A stretch of DNA of 21,132 nucleotides, taken from Promethearchaeota archaeon. Lineage in GTDB: Archaea > Asgardarchaeota > Lokiarchaeia > Sigyniarchaeales > SOKP01. The stretch is taken from the NCBI GenBank assembly GCA_016839585.1, contig JAEOTZ010000027.1, positions 1 to 21,132 of the forward strand, given 5' to 3'. The translations under genes and the position numbers were made by a program. The notes beneath the pieces were generated by a model that was not told the DNA's origin, did not search any database, and worked only from the letters and a program-made list of their open reading frames with translations. Positions within the stretch are counted from its first letter, which is position 1, and every line of letters starts with the position of its first letter. Positions 10,001 to 17,596 of the stretch are shown piece after piece.

Positions 10001-10090
10001 GCTTGCTCAGGAAATTGTAGATGCGCTGCAATAGATGTACTAGGCTTCTCGGGAGAACAAATATTTGCGATGATAACTGGGAGGTGCTAA
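7079..10090 (+). CDS. hdrA: Large two-module HdrA (two FAD domains; BamE-like architecture)
   Basis: First half colinear with 3304-4611 (GAGIGG, LDKTFPTNDC, CSSVCCMY); second half colinear with 4618-6303 (RIGVFICHCG, SCTPRTHE, EAHVKLRP, C-terminal ferredoxin). AGGAG SD at 7067-7071. Confidence 0.93.
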   Translation: MEKVGAVMVIGAGIGGSQASLDLADSGYKVYLIESSTSIGGVMAQLDKTFPTNDCAMCIVSPKLVETGRHQNIDLSINCKILDVSGEAGNFNIKVLKKTLYINPEKCTGCGVCGQECPVEAIDIFNEGLAKYAATSVKYPQAVPLVYAINKDYCIGCGICQGVCKAKAVEYDREDEEVDINVGAIILAPGFDEYIPPEANLYGYGKYKNVVTSIEFERILSASGPYAGRVLRPSDGDIPEKLAFLQCIGSRDYTGNGQPYCSSVCCMYTAKEAVIAHEHMHQIKPTIFSMDVRAYGKDFDKYIIRAQEEYGVQYIRSRISSIKEVPETKDLRIKYETEDGKVMEEDFNMVVLAVGLNPPNDNVFLAEKFGIELNEFGFAKTDKFNPVQTSRSGIYACGAFSSPKDIPDTVTQASAAAGCVNQLLYEKRGTLITEKTLPPEIYVNGQPPRIGVFICHCGINIGGYVDVPDVTKYATTLPNVVMADRNLYTCSADTQTIIKDKVKEFHLNRVIVASCTPRTHEPLFQETIREAGLNRYLFQMANIRDQCSWVHMNEPEKATEKAKDLVRMAVNKAREIEPIERIKLPVTPKALVVGGGISGMVAALNFASQEFETFLVEKQEELGGFARHIYHTLEGGDVQEFLTDLIKKVQSNKFIHAYTDAEIENIDGYIGNFKSSVIHGKKKERTEFEHGVVIVATGAKEYHPKEYLYGNNGNVILQSEFEEMLNNDKATNKKSVVMIQCVGSRNDEHPYCSKMCCAEAIKNALLAKEKNPDLEITVLFRDIRTYGFKEKYYREAREKGVIFLQYDEDNPPEVIPEDSRLRIEVSTPRKEKIYINSDLLVLSAGIYANREENEDLAKMLKVPLNDDNFFLEAHVKLRPVDFATEGVFVAGLAHCPKTIEDSIAQANAAVSRACTILSKDEIEAEGKTAMVIPERCTGCGMCVENCAYSAIELIDDRRFGRVAQINQALCKGCGACSGNCRCAAIDVLGFSGEQIFAMITGRC

Positions 10091-10094
10091 AAAG

Positions 10095-10547
10095 ATGACA
10101 TTACAAACAAAACAAGAAGAGAAAATAAATGAAGAATGGGAACCGAAAATTATTGCATTTTTATGTAATTGGTGCTCCTATGCCGGAGCAGATTTGGCGG
10201 GAGTTAGTAGAATTCAATATCCTCCTACTATTAGAGTTGTGAGGGTTCCATGTTCCGGTAGAGTGAACCCCTACTTTATTATTAAGAGTCTGATGGATGG
10301 GTGGGATGGAGTTGTTGTTTCTGGTTGCCATCCTGGTGATTGTCATTATCTTACGGGAAATTTAGTAGCAAGAAGGCGATTTGCTATATTGAAAGAATTA
10401 TTAGAATTTTTTGGTATAGAGCCAGGAAGAGTTAATTTTATGTGGGCTTCTGCTGCTGAGGGTGAACGTTTTGCCACTTTAATTAAAAAAGCTACAAAAA
10501 TAGTTAAAAATTTGGGACCAAATAAAAAATTTGAAAAGAAATGGTGA
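10095..10547 (+). CDS. flxD: MvhD/FlxD [2Fe-2S] subunit
   Basis: FLCNWCSYAGAD, RVPCSGRVN, GCHPGDCHY, WASAAEG; lies between hdrA and the flxC-like gene. Confidence 0.88.
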   Translation: MTLQTKQEEKINEEWEPKIIAFLCNWCSYAGADLAGVSRIQYPPTIRVVRVPCSGRVNPYFIIKSLMDGWDGVVVSGCHPGDCHYLTGNLVARRRFAILKELLEFFGIEPGRVNFMWASAAEGERFATLIKKATKIVKNLGPNKKFEKKW

Positions 10548-11572
10548 TGATTATGGGAATTGAGGCTGAAAATAAGGAAATCGAAAATTCAATGAGGGAA
10601 ACAGCAAGAAAACTACTTAAAGAGAAAGAAGTAGATGTAATAATTGGGTATACGAAGGGGACTGTTCCCTTAAGTTCAGCACCAATAATGATAACTAAAG
10701 AGGAAGATGTTGATAAATTAATCTGGAATAATCTATGTTATGTAAATTTAGCTAAATATCTAGTACCTAAAATACCTCAACTCATTGATCCTGAAAAAGG
10801 AGATTTAAAAGTAGGAATAGTGTCAAAAGGTTGTGTTGGACGAGCATTAATTCATTTATCAGTGGAAAAGCAAATTGATCTAGAAAATATTAAGATGATT
10901 GGAATTCCATGTAATGGTATAATAAATCGAAAAAGAATCGAGAAGGAGATTGGTGAAAAAGAGATTTTAGAATTTTTTACGTCTGAAAATGATATAATTG
11001 TAAAAGGAAAGGGTTTTGAACAGAAATTTTCTTATGATGAGTATATCAATGAATTATGTAAGGTTTGTAAAGTTAAAGCTCCTCCAACATTAGCAGAATT
11101 AGCAGAAACATGTGTTGGTGAATGTAAAGAAATAAGTTCAGTAGATGATGATTTTGAGGATTTAATAGAATTTGAATCAAAATCATCTGAAGAGAAATGG
11201 GAATATATTAAAGATTCATTAGAGACATGCACGAAATGCTATGCTTGTAGAGAGGCATGTCCAATGTGTTATTGTAATTTATGTTTTGTTGATCAAAATA
11301 AACCAATTTGGTTTGGGAAAACAACAGATTTATCTGATATAATTGTATTTCATTTAGTTAGGTCTATGCATCTGGCAGGTCGATGTGTAGCATGTGGCGC
11401 GTGTAGTAGCGTTTGTCCTGTGGGAATTGATTTAAATTTAATTACAAGAAAATTAGAAAAAATAGTTAAAGAAAGATTTAATTTCACATCTGGTATAGAT
11501 CCCAAGAAAACTCCACCCATGATGGATTTTAGGATGGATGATGCAGAAGAGTTTATGTTAGAAGAAGATTAA
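10541..11572 (+). CDS. flxC: FlxC-like Fe-S protein (FdhB/FrhB-like N-terminus, C-terminal 2x[4Fe-4S])
   Basis: VDVIIGYTKG...NLAKYL...KGC, CKVC, CTKCYACREACPMCYCNLC, HLAGRCVACGACSSVCP; gene order matches hdrCBA-flxDCBA. Start possibly ATG 10553 (GGTGA SD). Confidence 0.8.
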   Translation: MVMIMGIEAENKEIENSMRETARKLLKEKEVDVIIGYTKGTVPLSSAPIMITKEEDVDKLIWNNLCYVNLAKYLVPKIPQLIDPEKGDLKVGIVSKGCVGRALIHLSVEKQIDLENIKMIGIPCNGIINRKRIEKEIGEKEILEFFTSENDIIVKGKGFEQKFSYDEYINELCKVCKVKAPPTLAELAETCVGECKEISSVDDDFEDLIEFESKSSEEKWEYIKDSLETCTKCYACREACPMCYCNLCFVDQNKPIWFGKTTDLSDIIVFHLVRSMHLAGRCVACGACSSVCPVGIDLNLITRKLEKIVKERFNFTSGIDPKKTPPMMDFRMDDAEEFMLEED

Positions 11573-11604
11573 AAAGGTGATAAATAATAGATCAAAAATT
11601 ATTA

Positions 11605-12648
11605 ATGAAAAATGAAATAGGGAAGCTTTATATTGAATTGGGCGAAGAATATAATTTCTTTGCTCCAATAAAGGAAAAGGGTAATTTAGTATTTAAAAAA
11701 ATCTTAAATCCTGATGACATTATATTAGATTACTTTAATTCAAAAGTTCCACCAAAAGAAATCTTGTTTCCAAAAACGGAGGTATTATTTGAATATAAAA
11801 CTGATGGAAAAGAGGTAACGGAGATTATTGAAAGAAAAGATTTGGAGGAGAAGAACATTATTTTTGGAATTAGGCCATGTGATGCTCATGCATTTGTACT
11901 TATGGAAAACTTTTTTGCATTTGGGGATTATCAAGATGAAATCTTTTTGAAGAAAAGAGAAAATTCCATTATCATTGGAGTTGGCTGTAATAATCCAAAA
12001 AGCACCTGTTTTTGCACATCAGTAGAAGGTCATCCCTTTCAAAAAGATGATATGGATATCTTTTTGGTAGATTTAGGAGAAAAATATTTAGTTGAGGCGA
12101 TAAGTGAAAAAGGTAAAAATTTAATGAATAAAATGCCATGGCTGAAGAATGCAACTAAAAAGGATGTGCAAAAAGCCGCAGAATTATCTAAACAAGCAGA
12201 AGAATCCATTGTTACCAAATTAGATTTAAAAGATATTGAAAAAGTTCTTGATCCTAATTTTGATCATCCAATATGGAGAGAAGTCAGTGAAATTTGTATA
12301 GGATGTGGTACTTGTTCTTTCTTATGTCCAACATGTACCTGTTTTGATGTTATTGATGATAATGATCAATACAATAATCGAGGTAGAAGAATTAGAATTT
12401 GGGATACTTGTCAATTCTGTCTATATTCACTTCATACAAGTGGTCATAATCCTCGAGATAGCTGTATTGAACGCTGTAGAAATAGAATTTTACATAAATT
12501 CTGCTATTATCCTGAGAATTATAACACATTAGGTTGTGTTGGATGTGGTCGATGTATTCAACTGTGCCCTGTTAACAATGATCTTAGATCAATAATCGAA
12601 AAAATTAAGAAAATTGACATAAAAAAGGAGGAGAAAATAAGTGCCTAA
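11605..12648 (+). CDS. flxB: FlxB / AsrA-like / sulfhydrogenase beta-like Fe-S protein
   Basis: PPKEILFP, FGIRPCD, CFCTS, CIGCGTCSFLCPTCTCF, WDTC, CVGCGRCIQLCP. The N-terminus may extend to an ATA at 11587. Confidence 0.85.
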   Translation: MKNEIGKLYIELGEEYNFFAPIKEKGNLVFKKILNPDDIILDYFNSKVPPKEILFPKTEVLFEYKTDGKEVTEIIERKDLEEKNIIFGIRPCDAHAFVLMENFFAFGDYQDEIFLKKRENSIIIGVGCNNPKSTCFCTSVEGHPFQKDDMDIFLVDLGEKYLVEAISEKGKNLMNKMPWLKNATKKDVQKAAELSKQAEESIVTKLDLKDIEKVLDPNFDHPIWREVSEICIGCGTCSFLCPTCTCFDVIDDNDQYNNRGRRIRIWDTCQFCLYSLHTSGHNPRDSCIERCRNRILHKFCYYPENYNTLGCVGCGRCIQLCPVNNDLRSIIEKIKKIDIKKEEKISA

Positions 12649-13480
12649 TCCGTATATCCCTATACTTACTTCAGTTAAAAATATTGTTTCAGAAAATGAA
12701 GTAAATGATATAAAAACTCTCGAATTGGTGTTTAAGAAAGAAGAAGATTATAAAGGTTTCAACTATATTCCTGGCCAATTCGCTGAAATAAGCTTAATAG
12801 GAAAGGGGGAATGCCCTATTGGTATAGCCTCATCTCCAACTGAAGAAGGTTCTATTAAATTCACGATCAAGAAGATGGGAACTGTAACTACAGGATTTCA
12901 TAATTGTGATTTGGGAGATATTGTAGGAGTAAGAGGCCCTTTAGGTAATGGCTGGCCAATTGAAGAAATGAAAGGCAAAAATATTGTAATAATTGGAGGC
13001 GGATTTGCATTTTCAACCTTAAGATCTCTAGTCATATATTTGTTGGATAAAAGATATAGAAAAAATTATAAAGATATTACTGTGATTTATGGCAACCGTG
13101 ATTCTGGTGAAGTTTTATATCGAGATATCCTTGAAGAATGGGAAAAAAGAGATGATATTAAAGTAGTTCTAACCATTGATCGTGAAGAGGAAGGATGGAC
13201 TCGCGAAGTAGGGTTTGTTGCAGCAATAGTTAAGAAAGTTGCTCCATCTCCTAATAACGCTATGGCAGTAGTTTGTGGACCACCCATAATGATTAGGACT
13301 GCTGTAGCTGAATTGGTAAATCTAGGTTGGAAGGACGAGCAAATTTTAAATTCATTAGAGATGAGAATGAAGTGCGGAATTGGTAAATGTGGAAGATGCA
13401 ATATCGGTAATAAATTTGTGTGTATTGATGGACCAGTTTTTTCACTGGCAGAACTTAAGAAATTACCTAATGAATATTAA
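12641..13480 (+). CDS. flxA: FlxA / AsrB / PyrK-family FAD- and NAD(P)H-binding [2Fe-2S] oxidoreductase
   Basis: PGQF, IASSP, RGPLGNGW, IIGGG, VCGPPIM, LEMRMKCGIGKCGRC...VCIDGPVF; GTG start with GGAGG SD. Confidence 0.9.
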   Translation: MPNPYIPILTSVKNIVSENEVNDIKTLELVFKKEEDYKGFNYIPGQFAEISLIGKGECPIGIASSPTEEGSIKFTIKKMGTVTTGFHNCDLGDIVGVRGPLGNGWPIEEMKGKNIVIIGGGFAFSTLRSLVIYLLDKRYRKNYKDITVIYGNRDSGEVLYRDILEEWEKRDDIKVVLTIDREEEGWTREVGFVAAIVKKVAPSPNNAMAVVCGPPIMIRTAVAELVNLGWKDEQILNSLEMRMKCGIGKCGRCNIGNKFVCIDGPVFSLAELKKLPNEY

Positions 13481-13522
13481 ATTAATTGATTAAAAAGGAA
13501 AAAGAAAAGAGGTTAAAAAAAA

Positions 13523-14635
13523 ATGGTTGAAGAAGTTCTACCTAAATCTTTTGAAGATTTAATAAAAGATGTCCATGAACCAGGTATTTGTGGAGAATGT
13601 GGGGGATGTGTTAGCTTTTGCTCGGCTCATGAGATAAAAGCAATTGAGATGTCCGAAACAGGACCTCCAAGATATTATAATAAAGATAATTGCCTAAAAT
13701 GTGGGATTTGTTATTTAGTATGCCCTCAAACTCACATCTTAGATAATGAATTAAATGATAAGTATCATTATAAAGTATCTATTGGTAATTGGACAAAAAT
13801 TGCATCAAGTCAAGCCGCTTCAGAGGAAATTAGGAGAAATGCAACAGATGGTGGTGTTGTAACTGCGATTTTAATGTATTTATTAGATAAAAACTTAATA
13901 AACGGAGCTATTGTCTCAAAAAAAGAAGGTCCATTTAATAGAGTTCCTTTCTTCGCTACAACGAAAGAGGAATTAATAGAAGCTGCAGGATCTCACTATG
14001 AAATCTCACAGGGAGTTGTAAGCTTAGAGAAATATAATTCATTTGTACCCTCGATCACAAAACTAAAAACAGTTGTGAGTTCTGATGCAATGAGCATTGC
14101 TGTTGTTGGTACACCATGTCAGATAAACTCTATTAGAAAGATGCAGGAATTAAGCATTTTACCTGCTCATATTGTAAAATATACATTTGGCTTATTTTGT
14201 AATTTGAATTTCTCATTTAATGCCGAAGCTCGTATAAAATTAGAAGAAAAATTTGATTTCTTATTTGAGGATGTGGAGAAGTTAAACATCAAAGAAAATC
14301 TAATTATACAGCTTAAGAATAATCGAGTAAAATACATAGATTTTAAAGACATTCATGAATTTGCAAGACCAGCGTGCTTTGCTTGTCGAGATTTCTCTAA
14401 TGTCTATGCTGATATTTCTTTTGGAGGATTAGGTTCAAAAGATGGATATACTACATCAATTATTAGAACCAATATCGGTAAAAAAATATACAATAATGCT
14501 TTAAAAAAAGGTTATATAAAAGAATCCTCTGAACTTAATACATCAGTAAAGAAATCAGAAATGCTAGCTAAAATTATAAGCTTTGGGAAAAGAAAATTTG
14601 AGAGATACAATAAAGCATTAAAAAAAAGGAAATAG
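13523..14635 (+). CDS. Coenzyme F420 hydrogenase/dehydrogenase beta subunit (FrhB/FpoF/FqoF-like) with N-terminal ferredoxin
   Basis: CGECGGCVSFC, CLKCGICYLVCP, DGGVVT, AAGSHY, VVGTPCQ, GLFC, CFACRDF...ADISFGGLG. Confidence 0.9.
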   Translation: MVEEVLPKSFEDLIKDVHEPGICGECGGCVSFCSAHEIKAIEMSETGPPRYYNKDNCLKCGICYLVCPQTHILDNELNDKYHYKVSIGNWTKIASSQAASEEIRRNATDGGVVTAILMYLLDKNLINGAIVSKKEGPFNRVPFFATTKEELIEAAGSHYEISQGVVSLEKYNSFVPSITKLKTVVSSDAMSIAVVGTPCQINSIRKMQELSILPAHIVKYTFGLFCNLNFSFNAEARIKLEEKFDFLFEDVEKLNIKENLIIQLKNNRVKYIDFKDIHEFARPACFACRDFSNVYADISFGGLGSKDGYTTSIIRTNIGKKIYNNALKKGYIKESSELNTSVKKSEMLAKIISFGKRKFERYNKALKKRK

Positions 14636-14641
14636 GTAAAA

Positions 14642-14671
14642 TTATTTATTTTTTTATTTCTTCTTTTATTT
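14642..14671 (+). terminator. T-rich terminator candidate at the end of the hdr/flx operon
   Basis: T-tracts immediately after the frhB-like stop codon. Confidence 0.45.
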
Positions 14672-14676
14672 CGTAA

Positions 14677-14844
14677 GATTCTGCTAGATTATTAGATAAT
14701 AAACAACAACTAAATATAGCGGAATTAAAGAATTCAACAAATATTGAACTGGTGAATCTTGGCACGAATGTCGATTATATAGGACTATATTCAAGAATCT
14801 TTGCTGAAATCCTAAGATTGTATAATTATCCTATCCACTTTTAA
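14677..14844 (+). pseudogene. Possible gene remnant (55 open codons, no start at the 5' end)
   Basis: Reads DSARLLDNKQQLNIAELKNSTNIELVNLGTNVDYIGLYSRIFAEILRLYNYPIHF*, protein-like and less AT-rich than typical intergenic DNA here. Confidence 0.25.
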
Positions 14845-14880
14845 TCCGAATCGCCAAATCACTAATCTTTTCCACCCCAA

Positions 14881-14896
14881 ATATTTAAATATAAAA
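14881..14896 (+). promoter_or_regulatory. Putative TATA box for a leaderless transcript
   Basis: TTTAAATA at 14884-14891 sits at -30 to -23 relative to ATG 14914; same 16-mer as at 1321. Confidence 0.5.
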
Positions 14897-14904
14897 AGAG
14901 ATAT

Positions 14905-15711
14905 ATGATTTATATGAGAGATAAAAGAGCTATCATCATAAAAAACCCACGGCTGCAGAAAATAAGAAACAATTTGCGACGTCTTCTCCTTGCAGTTGTG
15001 AGTGTTAAATGGAACAAATTATTTGATGAAATGGATAGATTAAGATACACACCTGGAGGGACTCGAAGAACTGTCGATGATTTTACTTCAGATGAACTCC
15101 GAGAATATAGAGCTTATCAAGCACAGCAAAATGATCTTAGGAAGCTATCAGATAAATCCATCTGTAAGTGCGTAATGTGCGGGAAGGCGGATCGAGATAT
15201 GGTGTACAATAAAGCCTACGACGCGTGGTATTGTACCTTCTGTTATGGTCTAGAACTTGCCTCCGCCAGACAACGATTGGATATAAAACCTTATCTTCAA
15301 CTACCAGAGGATCACCCTTTCTTTACTGGTAAAGATCTTGAAATTTATAATACTCTTATGACAGAAATCGATTTATTTATAGATTACTTTATCCTCGAGA
15401 ATCTCATGATGTACCACAGAAATATTGATGAGAATGATATTAGAAATGAATTTAAAAAGCTACCAAGTAAACTCCAAAAACTCTGGATTCTTGAAGCTTG
15501 GCTTTTTAATACTAACTTCTCGGAAAATCTTAGAAAATTCAACGAAAAAAGAAAAGAGGTTAAAAAAAAACCATCAAATTATAAATTTAACACTTATATT
15601 TTCCAAGTACAATCCTTACCTGAAGATATAAGCTCTAAACGAAGATCATCCAGGAAGTTTAGGTCGCACGAAGATGAAGCTGTCGAGAGTCACTCCAAGA
15701 CCTTCCTGTAA
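14905..15711 (+). CDS. Hypothetical protein with Zn-finger-like CxCxxC...CxxC motif
   Basis: 268-aa ORF with ICKCVMCGKADRDMVYNKAYDAWYCTFCY; followed by T-tracts. Probable start ATG 14914. Confidence 0.75.
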   Translation: MIYMRDKRAIIIKNPRLQKIRNNLRRLLLAVVSVKWNKLFDEMDRLRYTPGGTRRTVDDFTSDELREYRAYQAQQNDLRKLSDKSICKCVMCGKADRDMVYNKAYDAWYCTFCYGLELASARQRLDIKPYLQLPEDHPFFTGKDLEIYNTLMTEIDLFIDYFILENLMMYHRNIDENDIRNEFKKLPSKLQKLWILEAWLFNTNFSENLRKFNEKRKEVKKKPSNYKFNTYIFQVQSLPEDISSKRRSSRKFRSHEDEAVESHSKTFL

Positions 15712-15963
15712 AGATTATCTTTCTTTTTCTTTTTTTGGTTTATTCTATATATTTTGAAAATTGGCTTTTTTTACTATTTCTTTATTGTTTAATTTTATTA
15801 ATAATAAGTTGATTTGAGAAAAAGCATTTGAATTTCGGCTTTTTTGACATGGTAAAAGCGATATTTATCATCAGTTTTTTGTTTATTTTTAAGAAAAAAT
15901 AATCATTAAAAAAAGTTATAAAAAATAAATGAAAAAATAAAAAACTTGAAGATATTTAACTCC

Positions 15964-17109
15964 TTAGAAGCATCGGTGAATTACTTGCGGTCCCATCTCC
16001 TTATATTCACGCCTTGTTACCCACATGCGATGGAAAGTCTTAAGTGAGCTGAGGATTGAGCCGCCTATCCATACGGAATACATACGCTCAGGTGGTGCGA
16101 TTATTTTAACATCTACCGATTCAGGAATTTGCTCCTTAATTTCCTTCGTGAGTCTTTCCTTTATGCCAGGGAACATGGTGCTGCCGCCCGAAAGAACGAT
16201 GTTGCTATACAAGTCTCTTCTTAGGTCAACGTCGCACTCGGAAATGGAGCCTACGATCACGTCATCCAGTGGTTCAAGCTCTTTCCCGATTACACTCGGA
16301 TTGAAAAGGCACTCTGGTCCGAGAAATCGTTCCACGCCAACCATAATGGTCTCTCCGTCAGGGAGCATGTAGCTTTTCTCCATTCCGGCGACCTTCTTCG
16401 AAAGCATCATTTCTTTTTCTGGATCTATGGCCACGTAACACAATTTCTCCTTGATATCTCTCACAATCTCCTTTTCGGCAGAGGTCGTAAAAGAGTACCC
16501 TTTCTGTCTAAGTAATCTTTGTAAATAATTGGTAATATCTCGCCCAGCTAGATCAATTCTTTGGATGGCATGGCTTAAAGCAAAGCCCTCGAAAATTGGT
16601 ACAACGTGGGAAACTCCATCGCCAATATCTATAACGCATCCTGTTGTACGACCTGAAGCGTAGAGGGACAATACTGCTTGCATGGCTACATAAAGTGCTG
16701 GAGTATTGAAAGTTTCAAACATAATCTCTGCCATTTTTTCCCGATTTGGTCTTGGATTTAAGGGAGCTTCGGTCAAAAGTACAGGGTGTTCACTAGGATC
16801 AATTCTGAGGTCTGTATAAAAGGTGTAATGCCAAATTTTTTCCATAGCTGTCCAGTCTTCTATAATACCATGCTCAACTGGAAACATTAATTTGAGTACA
16901 CCTTTTAGTTGCATTGCTTCTTCTCCGATGTAATATTCCCTTGTATAGTGCTCAACATCTGTCATTATAGATTCATACTTTGGATAACCTATAAGGGTCG
17001 GGAATACTGATCGAGGTTGATCTTCTCCAGCGAAGCCGTTTTTTGAAATGCCAGTACCATTATCAACCACAAGTGCCTTAGCGCTTAAAAAGCTTTCTTC
17101 TTCTGCCAT
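15964..17109 (-). CDS. Asgard actin (Lokiactin)
   Basis: Eukaryote-like actin motifs throughout: [153 protein letters not shown]-terminal HRCF. Confidence 0.98.
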   Translation of the reverse strand: MAEEESFLSAKALVVDNGTGISKNGFAGEDQPRSVFPTLIGYPKYESIMTDVEHYTREYYIGEEAMQLKGVLKLMFPVEHGIIEDWTAMEKIWHYTFYTDLRIDPSEHPVLLTEAPLNPRPNREKMAEIMFETFNTPALYVAMQAVLSLYASGRTTGCVIDIGDGVSHVVPIFEGFALSHAIQRIDLAGRDITNYLQRLLRQKGYSFTTSAEKEIVRDIKEKLCYVAIDPEKEMMLSKKVAGMEKSYMLPDGETIMVGVERFLGPECLFNPSVIGKELEPLDDVIVGSISECDVDLRRDLYSNIVLSGGSTMFPGIKERLTKEIKEQIPESVDVKIIAPPERMYSVWIGGSILSSLKTFHRMWVTRREYKEMGPQVIHRCF

Positions 17110-17596
17110 ATTTCTTTTTCAGCCTATATTTTTAATTTTAATTTTTATAGATATTATTTTTAGATGTATTTTTATATTGCTTAAGGTTATTTTAATTTTT
17201 ATATTTTTATCAAATAATTGCTTTTTTTATAAACAATTAATGGGCAAAATAAAAAATTTAATAATCTAATAAATTTCATCTTTATAAATTTTTTTAATAC
17301 AGAAATAAAACGTACTATTTACAATTAAGTTTTAAATAAAATATTTAAAAGTAACTAATATTTTGGATTTCTAAAAAAGCTTGTAATAGCTTGATTTTAT
17401 ATCTCTTCTATGTTTGGATTATAAAAAATTGGTGTAAAAATAAACGCACATGATGAAATTGTTGTAAAAAAATAATAACTATATATATCTGTTATCATAT
17501 CAATAATATCGACAAAAACACAAATAAAAAGAATATAATAAAAAATTCATTAAATTATTTGTTAATCTCATCACTTAAAATTTTATAACTTTAAAA

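Noticed and set aside
3304-10547. Selenoproteins (Sec-HdrA, Sec-VhuD) with SECIS elements, known in Lokiarchaeia
   Set aside because: No in-frame TGA inside any hdrA or mvhD. The motifs where Sec would be expected (DCxxC, CNWC, GCH) all use Cys codons. The TGA at 10545-10547 ends a complete MvhD.
11605-13480. Group 3b sulfhydrogenase or anaerobic sulfite reductase operon
   Set aside because: No [NiFe] large or small subunit and no AsrC; the context fits flxBA.
8014-14352. Short nested ORFs inside the hdr/flx operon (8014, 8713, 9454, 10161, 11032, 11972, 12305, 13087, 14167)
   Set aside because: Antisense or alternate-frame shadows of well-supported genes, with no motifs.
15819-15860. Small hairpins (AAAAGC/GCTTTT) between the orphan gene and the actin 3' end, considered as ncRNA or SECIS
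   Set aside because: Short A/U-rich stems expected by chance, and no Sec codon nearby; at most terminator-related.
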